Shown piece after piece: positions 20,924-31,400 of a DNA stretch of 64,000 nt (positions are counted from its first letter, which is position 1; each line of letters starts with the position of its first letter). Source of the stretch: a virus; the IMG/VR virus record IMGVR_UViG_3300032073_000003, positions 1 through 64,000 of that record. One strand, written 5' to 3'. The position numbers and the translations under genes are program-made. The notes beneath the pieces were generated by a model, which saw nothing but the letters and a program-made list of their open reading frames with translations, had not been told where the DNA came from and made no database searches.

Positions 20924-23900
20924 TTAAACATCTTCTATTATCCAACCTTCTTTGGCATATTGGTCTATTTCTTTTTGACTTAAGTTTACCACCATACCAC
21001 CATCTTTTTCTTTTTTAATTGGTTTATCAAAAAGACCTTTAAGTTTTATATAGTTTTCTTTTATAGGATTATTTACATACTCGTCTAAATATTCTTGAGG
21101 TATATTTATACCTGCTAATCCCAAACCTCCTGCTATTCCTGCAGCATAACCATATCTTTCAAGTAAACTTTGTAAATTACCTCCCATTGTTGCAGGGTCA
21201 AATTTATCCCCTCTAAGTTTGTCCATATTAACATCAACATATTTATTAGAAAAAGGAAGTCTTCTATGTATTTTTACACCAGGATCCATTATAGAATTAT
21301 ATGGAACAGTTCCTGTAAAATTATTACCTTCTCTAACTAACACCCCATTTCTATTCAGTTCTCTTCCATTAGTTATATTTATATTAGTACCTGGTACATT
21401 TGTATCAAAACTTGCTGCAAAAACTCCTGGATATTTTTCATTAATATTACCCATCTCAGCCCAATTACCTTCACCTTGTACTTGTTTTTTACCCATTCTA
21501 AATTTTCCACCATGAGCAGGACTTATTATTCCTGTATTTTTAACATAATCTAAATTATCTCCAAATTTTCTATATGCTACACCTGGATTTATATTTTTTG
21601 AAGAAGGTAGTGTTTTTCCATAAAAAGGTATAAAATTTAAAGGACTTCCTGTAAATGGACCAAATTCTTCTACTGAAAGTCCAAATGTTAATGGGTTTAT
21701 CATTACAGGAGCTATAGTTTTTGCTATTGCATTTGCAGTACCTAAAGTACTTGTATTTATATCTCTAAGTATATTTTTTGTAAAATTTGGAGTATACTTA
21801 TAAACATCTTTTCCTAAGTTAAATTTAGAATAATTTTTACCTCCAGTTTTAATTAATTTAGCTAATGATGATAACCCTCTTTGAGCTTCTGGTAATTCAC
21901 CACCTTCTTGATTCATAATCAATGGGTCTCTTAAGTTAATATCTTTACCTGAAAATTTGTCCCATTTATCAAAATGATGATGCTTTTTTCTAGGAAAATT
22001 TTTTATCTTATCTTGTAGACTTAACATGCCAGGTTTATTTGGATCAATTCCCATTTTTATATAACGGTTATATTGATTAACTAATTCATTTAATCTATAG
22101 TTATATTTTAATATAGGAGAACTATCATCTAAGACACCTAGTAAATTAGCACCAATTTCATTTCTTGTAAGAGGTTTAAATTTTCCATAATATCCTTGAG
22201 GTCCTAATCTACGATTTTCTTCCAAGTTATTAACAGCATACTTAAGAACTTTATCTGACCCAAACTTTTTTATCATTCCTTTTCTAATTAAATCCCGCAT
22301 TTCTCCTGAAGGTGCTGAATTATATTGATGAAAAAGTCTTTTATGCTCATCATTCATTGGTGAAGGAAAATCTATAGAACGAGCAAATTTAGGTCCTTTA
22401 ACATCAGCTGCAAGTAACTTAGCTTTTTGCATTTCAATTGCTCCAGGACTCATAGGTTTAAAATCAAAATCATCAATACCATGACCTTTAAATTTAGTAA
22501 GAGAATTTGTGAGCAAAGGTCCTTTTTCTAGATTAAATGTTTTAGCTAACATTTTATCAAGTTCATCTAAATTTTTAATACCTTTTTGATTAATGAGATT
22601 TTGTATTGTTTCTTGTGCAGGACCAAATTCAAATCCTCCTATATCTGACATCTGATTTCTTTTTGTCCATTTAAGATCATCTGCTATTTTTATAGTTCTA
22701 GGTTTTTTTTCTATTTGTGAAATATTTAGTTCATCTTTTGGATTAAGCTTAAGCATAGCTTTATCAACTAAAGCTTTCTTTTCTATATCTGAAAGCTCAT
22801 TATATCGTCTACCTCCAAATTCAGGTATAGGTTTTCCTTTAATAAAATTTTTAAGATAATTTTTTGATTTCCCCAAATATTTTATGAACTTTCCCCATTG
22901 AGCTTCTGGTAATTCACCACCAAATTTATAACCAAGAGGATCTATTTTTTTCCTAAAATCTATTCCAAGACCTGTTTTATCAAATATTTTATCTCTTGTT
23001 TTAGGGAAATAAGATTTACTAAATCCTTTTTCTAAAGATGCGGGATTACCATAAAAGAATCCTTTACCTGTAGATGGATTTGCAGCTGTAAAAGAATAGT
23101 TAATCTTTGGATTAATAGTTGCTAATTTTCCATGTTTAAGACTTTGTCCAACACCTTTAGCAATTGGTAAAGCATTTTTAACATATTTTCCTACAATAGG
23201 TGCGGCAAAAGAAGCACTAAGATAGTCACCTTTAGCTAAATGACCATCAGGTTTAAATGATTCATATGCATAAAAAGGTGCTGCATATTTCCATTCATTA
23301 GCTAACCAATTTTTTCCATACTTACCTAAGCCTCCTTGTCCTCCGCTATATAATGTAGCATATGCAGCAGCAGCATCCATACCTAATTCTGAAGTTCTAT
23401 CTAAACTAAAATCTCTAGATAGTTCATCTCCCCAATGTAAAGGATTAAGTTTATTATATAAACTTGCCATTATAGCCGGTGCATTTCCAGAAAGATCTTT
23501 ATCTCTAAGTCCTTCATTCATTATAATTTCACCTTGTTCATTTTCAAATCCTGAATTTCTTGCTTGTTCTTGTAACTCATTAAAACTTTGAGTTTGACCT
23601 GGTTTCCACATAGTTGCATTTGGTCTTAAGTCCATTGCATAACCAATAGCTTGACCTGGATTAGTTATAACATCCCAAGCTTTAGTTCCAAATCCAATTT
23701 CTTCACCCGCAGGACCTGCTTTAAGTGTATTACGATCAAGATCATATCTATGTTGTCTTAAGTTATATAGATTATTTATTTTATCCATATAAGTTACTGG
23801 AAGAGTTTCTAAATTCTTTGCAATTTTTTTATCTACAAAATCTTCTAAACTTTTTCCTTTTTCTATTATTCCAGTTTGTTTTTTTGCAACTTCTTTTTGT

Positions 23901-25417
23901 TTTAATAAATCTTCATATTCTTTTTCAAGAGATTCTTTTCTAGGTGCATAAAAATCAAAAACACTTTTACCATCTTTAGTAACATTACTATTTAATATGC
24001 TAATTTTATCTTCTAAAGATAAGGCTGGATTACTATAAGCTTGTTCTATTAATTCTCTTTCTTGTCTTGGAATGTCCATATTATCCCTCATATAACTATT
24101 TTCTGCTATATCTTCTCCTGTTAACTTTTGTAAATCTTCAGCAAATTTTCTTTCTACATTTTCATTTCTTACTCCTTCAATACCAGGTAAATTACTATAA
24201 ATTCTATTATAATCCATATTAGAAAATGCATCATAACCTACATTTTGAGCATTTTCTTGTCCTTCACGATATGTTTTTTCACCAAGCTTTCTTTGGTTAA
24301 TAGCTGCATCTAATGCCATTCCATCTGACATTTCATTCTCTTTAGATGGTGTGTAAATTCCTTCTAATACTCTATTTAATTTTTCTCTTCTTATTTTCTT
24401 TTCTGTAGGAGTCTTACCTTGATCTACCCACCAATCTTGATATTTCTTATCTGCATCAACAGCAATTTTCCATATTTCTTTACCATCTATATTTTCAGTT
24501 CCACTAACTCTTCCAAAATCAAAATCTTTTTCTCTATCCCATTTTACTCTATCTTCTTCTATTTTATCATAACTACTTAATATTTCATTTGTATTATAAT
24601 CATAGTCATCTTCAATAGCTTTTGATACTAACTCCTTAAAATGTGATTGCATGTTTTCAGTAACACCATCTTTTGGTGATAACTCATTAATCACTTGTTC
24701 AGGAGTTTTATTCTCTTCTAGTGCAGTACTATATATTTTATTCAGCATTGAATTATCATAGGATTCTTCTCTATAATCTATGAGTTCACCCATTTGTTCT
24801 CGTACCTGTTTACCATCTAATCCCCACTTATTTACAAAATCTCGATCTTTAAAACCATTATTAATTATTTTATGTTGCAATATTTCATATGGCCAAATTG
24901 AATATGCACCATTATTATTTTTTTGTATATAATAGTCACCTTCATTTTTTAGTTCATCAACTTGTTCTTGTGTTAATGTCTTATTTTCAAAAAGAGGTTT
25001 AATTTTATCTGATTTTTTAGACTTAGTAAAATCAGTATAATAATTATTTCTACGTTCTTCTTCTTGTTGTAGCCATTCTTGATATGCTTGTTGTTCTATG
25101 TCATTTAATCTAAGATTTGTCAACCTTCTCATCCTCCCATAAGTATCAAATTTGTCAAAGTTTGGATACGGATTTTCATCATTATCCACTCCAAATATAT
25201 TATTACGAAATGCATCAGCAAAGTTATACTCTAGATTACCACCTTTATAATCAGTCTTTCCATAGTTTGGATCTAAGTCTTTTTGTTTAGATCCAAACTT
25301 CTGCCTCTTCATTTTTAATTTCTTCTGCATTTTTAATCTATTTCTATCATCTATAGACTCACCTGTTTGGGCTTTAGGTAATAATTGAGGGATGCTTGTA
25401 ATTTTATATTTTTTCAT
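20924..25417 (-). CDS. 1497-aa putative cargo polyprotein with GGELPEAQxG-delimited modules
   Basis: LLPKAQTG at N-terminus, KFGGELPEAQWG and QEGGELPEAQRG internally, C-terminal KDGGMVVNLSQKEIDQYAKEGWIIEDV. Confidence 0.8.
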   Translation of the reverse strand: MKKYKITSIPQLLPKAQTGESIDDRNRLKMQKKLKMKRQKFGSKQKDLDPNYGKTDYKGGNLEYNFADAFRNNIFGVDNDENPYPNFDKFDTYGRMRRLTNLRLNDIEQQAYQEWLQQEEERRNNYYTDFTKSKKSDKIKPLFENKTLTQEQVDELKNEGDYYIQKNNNGAYSIWPYEILQHKIINNGFKDRDFVNKWGLDGKQVREQMGELIDYREESYDNSMLNKIYSTALEENKTPEQVINELSPKDGVTENMQSHFKELVSKAIEDDYDYNTNEILSSYDKIEEDRVKWDREKDFDFGRVSGTENIDGKEIWKIAVDADKKYQDWWVDQGKTPTEKKIRREKLNRVLEGIYTPSKENEMSDGMALDAAINQRKLGEKTYREGQENAQNVGYDAFSNMDYNRIYSNLPGIEGVRNENVERKFAEDLQKLTGEDIAENSYMRDNMDIPRQERELIEQAYSNPALSLEDKISILNSNVTKDGKSVFDFYAPRKESLEKEYEDLLKQKEVAKKQTGIIEKGKSLEDFVDKKIAKNLETLPVTYMDKINNLYNLRQHRYDLDRNTLKAGPAGEEIGFGTKAWDVITNPGQAIGYAMDLRPNATMWKPGQTQSFNELQEQARNSGFENEQGEIIMNEGLRDKDLSGNAPAIMASLYNKLNPLHWGDELSRDFSLDRTSELGMDAAAAYATLYSGGQGGLGKYGKNWLANEWKYAAPFYAYESFKPDGHLAKGDYLSASFAAPIVGKYVKNALPIAKGVGQSLKHGKLATINPKINYSFTAANPSTGKGFFYGNPASLEKGFSKSYFPKTRDKIFDKTGLGIDFRKKIDPLGYKFGGELPEAQWGKFIKYLGKSKNYLKNFIKGKPIPEFGGRRYNELSDIEKKALVDKAMLKLNPKDELNISQIEKKPRTIKIADDLKWTKRNQMSDIGGFEFGPAQETIQNLINQKGIKNLDELDKMLAKTFNLEKGPLLTNSLTKFKGHGIDDFDFKPMSPGAIEMQKAKLLAADVKGPKFARSIDFPSPMNDEHKRLFHQYNSAPSGEMRDLIRKGMIKKFGSDKVLKYAVNNLEENRRLGPQGYYGKFKPLTRNEIGANLLGVLDDSSPILKYNYRLNELVNQYNRYIKMGIDPNKPGMLSLQDKIKNFPRKKHHHFDKWDKFSGKDINLRDPLIMNQEGGELPEAQRGLSSLAKLIKTGGKNYSKFNLGKDVYKYTPNFTKNILRDINTSTLGTANAIAKTIAPVMINPLTFGLSVEEFGPFTGSPLNFIPFYGKTLPSSKNINPGVAYRKFGDNLDYVKNTGIISPAHGGKFRMGKKQVQGEGNWAEMGNINEKYPGVFAASFDTNVPGTNINITNGRELNRNGVLVREGNNFTGTVPYNSIMDPGVKIHRRLPFSNKYVDVNMDKLRGDKFDPATMGGNLQSLLERYGYAAGIAGGLGLAGINIPQEYLDEYVNNPIKENYIKLKGLFDKPIKKEKDGGMVVNLSQKEIDQYAKEGWIIEDV
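21881..22921. repeat. Identical 24-bp direct repeat (TTGAGCTTCTGGTAATTCACCACC) at 21881-21904 and 22898-22921
   Basis: Both copies read directly; each encodes GGELPEAQ and they flank a 1017-bp module. Confidence 0.9.
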
Positions 25418-25419
25418 AA

Positions 25420-28400
25420 CTATATTTCTTCAAATGTATAACCTTGTGCTTTTAATCTTTTCATAGTAGCTTCATCTACTATATCTCCTAACTCTACACT
25501 ACCACCTTCTTTCCATCTTCCATCTCCCCATTTTTCCATATTTTTGTCTTTTACACCAGTTCCTGGAACTAACATTTCTCTAATTTCTCTTACTAATTCT
25601 TTTGATCCTAATTTATTATTAGTCACGTCAGGTAAAAAGACATCTGGATTAATGTTAAAAACACTATTTCTTTCTCCGGGTTTTCCTATATAAGATAAGT
25701 CTACTAAGCCAAGTTTATCTCCAACTGATCCAATATTATCTAGACCCATATAATCAAGTCCTACACCTAAGTCATTAAGTTCTTTAACAGTATTATATAT
25801 AACATCTGAATCTACTGATAGACCACTAGAATAATCTAATTTAGGCATAAATTGTACAAATCTTTTACTATTTTGCAAATTATCTTCTCCAACCCTAAAA
25901 GCTTCTGTAGGAAAGGCTGCTTCAGCATAAGAACTATTAAATTTTTTACCGGCATTTATAAGATTTTGCATATCATTCTCATCTCCAAAAAACTTTCCAA
26001 ATTTTATATATTCTTTATCATTTAATAAATTATTAAATAGTCTCCCTTGACCACCCGCTAATTGATCTCCATGTTTACCTCGTGCTTGTGTAATAGGTAA
26101 CCCTGAATAATCTAATCTAAATTTACTATATTCATCTTGAATATTAAATAACTTTTTTTGCACCTCATTTTGTGCTTTTACAAGTTCATCAATTTTAGCT
26201 TCTTTAGCAGATTCACTTAATCTTTTATCATATGTTACTCTATCTATTGCCTTATCAAATTGTTTTACTTTATTTGCAAATTTAGCATGATCATATCTAC
26301 TAGTTAATTGTTTTCCAAAATCTCTTAATCCAGATATTTCAGCAGCTCCTCTTCCTAACGAATAATAATTGTTATTCCGCATCATGTTCCAAGCAGCTTC
26401 TGTACGTAATAATTCTTCAGGAGGTGTGAATAAAAATTTTTTACTAGTAGTTATAGAATTAGGTGGGTTTAAATATTTCATCCATTTACCATATTTTGCT
26501 TTAGGTAAATCTCCTCCTTGTTCATATTTACCTTTCCATCCTGTATCAAAATCTAACTTATTTTGTTTTATATATTTGACAAAGTCTAGTTTTTGTTGAG
26601 GATTTAAATTAACCAAATCAGCAAAAGGATAAGTTTCATCAATATCAAACATTTTACTACCTTTAAGACCTACCACAGAACCATCAGATTTGGACGCACT
26701 AAAATGTAAAGGCATATCATAATTGTTACTAGGCATATAGTCATGTACATAATAACCATCCTTTACTCCACCATCAGTTTTCCAAGTCTTATTTGGTTTA
26801 TAATATTTACTGAACCAATCATTATAACTTCCTTCACTGAAGTCTCTTGGTGACTTCATTTTAAATTGATAATTACCATACCGACCGGACATATCTGGAT
26901 AATGTGTTGCAAATAAAGCATCAACATTATGCATAAGATGCATACCCGATCTATAACCATATGTATCCATTGGAACATGAGCAACTTGATATTTTGCTAT
27001 TGATAAAGGATCATTAAAATCAACACCTGCATTTTTCATGTTTTCAAATTCTGAAATACTATTAGGATAATTAGGTACTGACATATCAAATTTATGTCTT
27101 GTATGTTCCTGCATACCTTTACCATCATGAGGAACTTTACCAGTTACAGCTCTATATCTAGTTGCATTGTGATCTAATGCTAATTTAGTTAATTCTTCAG
27201 TTCTTTTAGTTGAACGTGCAGCATAATTTAAATCATTAAAATTCTCACCAATAAGTCCTTCTTTTTGTAGGTTTTTAATAAATTGTCTTCTTCGTAAGAA
27301 TCCTTGTGCTTCTTTAATTTGCTCTTTAGTTATTTTTTTTATATAGTCTGTAGATTTTGGAATTATACTATTTTCAAGTTTTAATGCATAAGGTAATACG
27401 CTGTTACCTGTAACTATTTTATTATAAGTATCAACTGGTTTTATATATTTACTTAAAATTTTACTTCCCTGTTTTATAACCCTACCATCCCATGCCTTTG
27501 GTAATTCTCCTCCTAATTTCTTTTCTTCCAATGTACTTCCCGCAGCTCCTGCTGCTCCTAATCCTAAACCTACTGTAGGTAATCTATTAAGAAGCCATGA
27601 TAAGTTTTGATACATTTCAGGAGATTCTTCCATAAAATCTAATATTCTAGTATTGCTTAAATAGGATTTACTATTATTAGATTTTACTACCCCCATAGGA
27701 TTTCTTTTAAAAAACGTTGAAGCTACTTGTAATTTTTCTGGAGTAATGTTTTCATACCTATGTTTAATTAATCCTTTTAATAACATAGCTTCTCTAAGTT
27801 CATTTAAATAAGCAGAAGGTTCTTTACCTGATTTTTTAAAATAGTCATATGCCTTTTGTTGATTTTCATTAAGTTCTTTTTTTGGTCTAATCATTTTAAG
27901 AGCATCTCTATCAATTTGAAGTTTCCTACCTCTTTGTAAACCATGACCTCTTATTTCATGAGCAAGTATAGGTGTATTAAATGGAGAACTATAATCTACC
28001 CCCATTCTAATAAAACCAGGTAAAGCTTTTTCACCAAGTTGAGTCTTATTTAAATTAAAAAAATCATAATTATTAATATCACCAGCCCATGCATCCAAAT
28101 ATATATTATTAGGGTTTGTATAAGAAGCGTTAGAATATAAATATTTACTATTAAAAAAATCTTTTTCTGGTAATCTATTTTGGTCTAAAAACTTACTTGC
28201 TACAGAAGCACTATTCCTTACATTACCCATTAACTCTAATTCCTGCAATCTTGCTTTATAATTTAATTCAGCTTGTTTGTCAATAAAATTTTTAGGATAT
28301 CCAATATGTTCTAAGTGTTCAGATTCTTGTTTAAGCAATCTTTTTTTTCCTTCAGGACTTTTTAATTCATATAACATGTCACCTACATAATTCTGAATAG

Positions 28401-31400
28401 GTTCTATTCCTGTAGCTAAATGTTTAAGCATCTCTTGTTGTAATAGCGGATCTTTTAAAACATTTGTTTTGAAAAAAGGATGGGAATTTACTACTACATC
28501 ATCAAATTTAGTAGCAAATGGTAATGTTTTTTTAAGAGCTTTAGATATGGTACCTACTTGTGCTTTAGGTAGTTGTCCTCCTTTTTTAAGATCAAAATGA
28601 AGAGGATTAGTTTGTGTTAATATAAAAGGTTTGCCAAATTTGTTAAGTAACCTAGGAGCTAAATCTTTAAAATAAGAATCATCTTGAGCTCCTATTTCAC
28701 TTTTTCCTTCTATCCATTTATCGACATAATCTTTTGGATGAAATCCCCAAACATCTCTTGTTGTAAAATCAAACTTTTTAGGAGTTATTCTTCTAACAAA
28801 TGTCATATGACCCCCTATGTCATCTATAGGTTCAATTGGATTTCCCCATAAACCAAAGTTAGGAAGATATCCATCTTTAAACGAACTTTCAAATGGAAGT
28901 ATTTCTCCAAATTCATCAAATAGTGTATTATATGCTCCTATAAGTCCATCAGGATTTTTTGACTTAACAGCTTGTTCTATAATTTCATCTTTCCATCTAG
29001 TAAACTCATCATATGTTCTATGTGATTTTATTTGAGGATCTGCTACATCCATCCGACCAAAAAGTTTTTTACCACTAAGAGGTTCTTTATTAGCGAAATT
29101 AGAAAGTAATTCATAAGACTTTAAAGGACCGTGATAATCAGTATATTTTTTTAATGCATCTTTACTTTCTAGTTCTGATAACCAACGTGATTCTTTAAAC
29201 TTTGAATCATCTCCAAAGTAAAGATCTACTAAACTTCTATCTTGATGACCTGGAAACCCTGTTTCTTTTCCAGAATAAGTTTCTAATAATTTCTTTTTTG
29301 AATCAAGATCTTCTAAAAATTTAGACACATTATAATGTTCATTTCCTGAACTTAAACCCATAGCATGCTTTGCATACTTCTTCATAATCTCTGGAGCAAG
29401 AATAGCTGAAATATCTATACCCTTATCTATAATACCTCTTGACAATCCTTGTATAATCTTATTACTACTACCTGCTCCTGTTATTAAAGGTTTAGCAAGA
29501 CTAATTAAACCCAATTTAGCTTTAGGCAATTCTTCTACTACATATCCACCCTTTACATATTTATCTATTTCTTCAGGAGTTAATTCAAGTTGAAAACCAC
29601 CTTCTTGTTTATCTTGTAAATGTTCTGGCAATTGATCTTTCCAAGAACCTCTTCCAAATGCTAATGCAGCTTCTTTGTCTTCACCAAAATCATATACCTC
29701 TCCTCTTTTTAAAGCTTCTTGATATATTGGCCACCATCCATTTTCTCCAGATACTTCCTTCCAGTTTTCTTGATCATCAGCATAAGGTTTAGAATCTTGA
29801 AATAAAGTTGGAAATGCTACCCAACCTCTACCATCAACGTATTCTGCAGCCATTAAATGAGATGATACACTTGTAGGAAACTGAAGTCCTGAAGGAGTCC
29901 ATGCTTTATAATCATAATTATCTCTTACACCTCTTCTTTGTTTTACACTATGACCATCTTGAGCTTTAGGAACATCTTTACGTGTAAAATCAGAAGATCT
30001 TTCCATATTTGGAATTTTACTATCATCATAATTAGATAATAATTCTTCTCCAGGTTGTATGTCTCTTATAGCTATTAAAGATATGTGATCTCCATTATCT
30101 ACTTCAGTAACATTAGGTTCTTCGCTATGATTATATCCACCAATCTGTTTAGAAGGAAATGGTGCTTGATACATTTCACCATTTTTTTCAAATTCTTTTC
30201 TTATATGAGATACTCCAATTGATTGTCCTTTAGATATAGGTTCTTTAGAAAACACACCGGTTCCATGAATTGGAGATTCTTTTTCTTCTACTTGTATATA
30301 TACAGGAGTATCTACACCATGTTCTTTTGAATTAACAAAAGTACCTTCAATATTATCTTCTCTTTGAGCTTTAGGTAACTCTTCTTCTACTATATACCCT
30401 CCTTTTACATATTCTTCTATCTCAGCATCAGTAAGTTCTTTTGTTTCATATTCTCCTCCAAATTTATTTTCAGGTAAACCTAGACCAGCTACCCCTAATA
30501 AAGGAATTAAAGCTTTATAAATATTAGGATTAGTCATATCAAACATTCCGTTATTTCCTCTTAGAGATTTAGCATAATTACCAGGCACTTGATTTGCAAT
30601 AGTCACATCTCCAAAAATACCATCTAATACATCATCTATCTGAATGTTTGATAAACCTTGTTTTTCCATATAGGTTGCTAAATCATCAGTTGAAGTAAAC
30701 TCACCTAATTTATCACGAACTGTTTGCAACTCTTTTTCAGTAGTATAGTTGTTACTCTTTATGTTTTGCAATTCATCTTCTAAATCTGCTACACGTTTTT
30801 GATATCTTTCTATTGCCTTTTTTGAATTTGATTTCTTAGCTCTAGTTAGCATATCTTTATAAGCTTTAATATTATACTCCATTTTAGATATTACATCACC
30901 AGGTCCTGTTAAAGGTATTTCTGTCCAATGTTGTTTATTTGCATTAATCTTTAAAGAATTTGAAGATTTAGGTATAGCTAATTCATATAATCCATTAAAA
31001 CGAAGATCTTCAGGTGTATTAGAATTAAAGTAAAAATCATCTGTATAATTTAAAGACCCGTTATAATTCCTTGCTAACTCTTTGTTTCCTGTAAATACTC
31101 CAGTATAACCCTTATCTTTTTTATCTATCAATGTAGGGTTATATTTAGTAGTACCTCTATAAACTGTACTATAACCTTCAGGAAAAGCTTTCTTAAAGTC
31201 TTTACTATTAACTTGCACAAATTGCTCTGGTAATCCAGGAGAACCATCTGGTAATGTAAACGGTGATCCGTCTGCATTTTTCATCCATGTACTATTAGTT
31301 TTAGCAAATTTTTCTATATCTGCATACTCATCCATTAAAGCTTTATTCTTAGGAATATCTTTATTCCAATTACTCCAGTTTATTTCTGATTTAAACTTAT

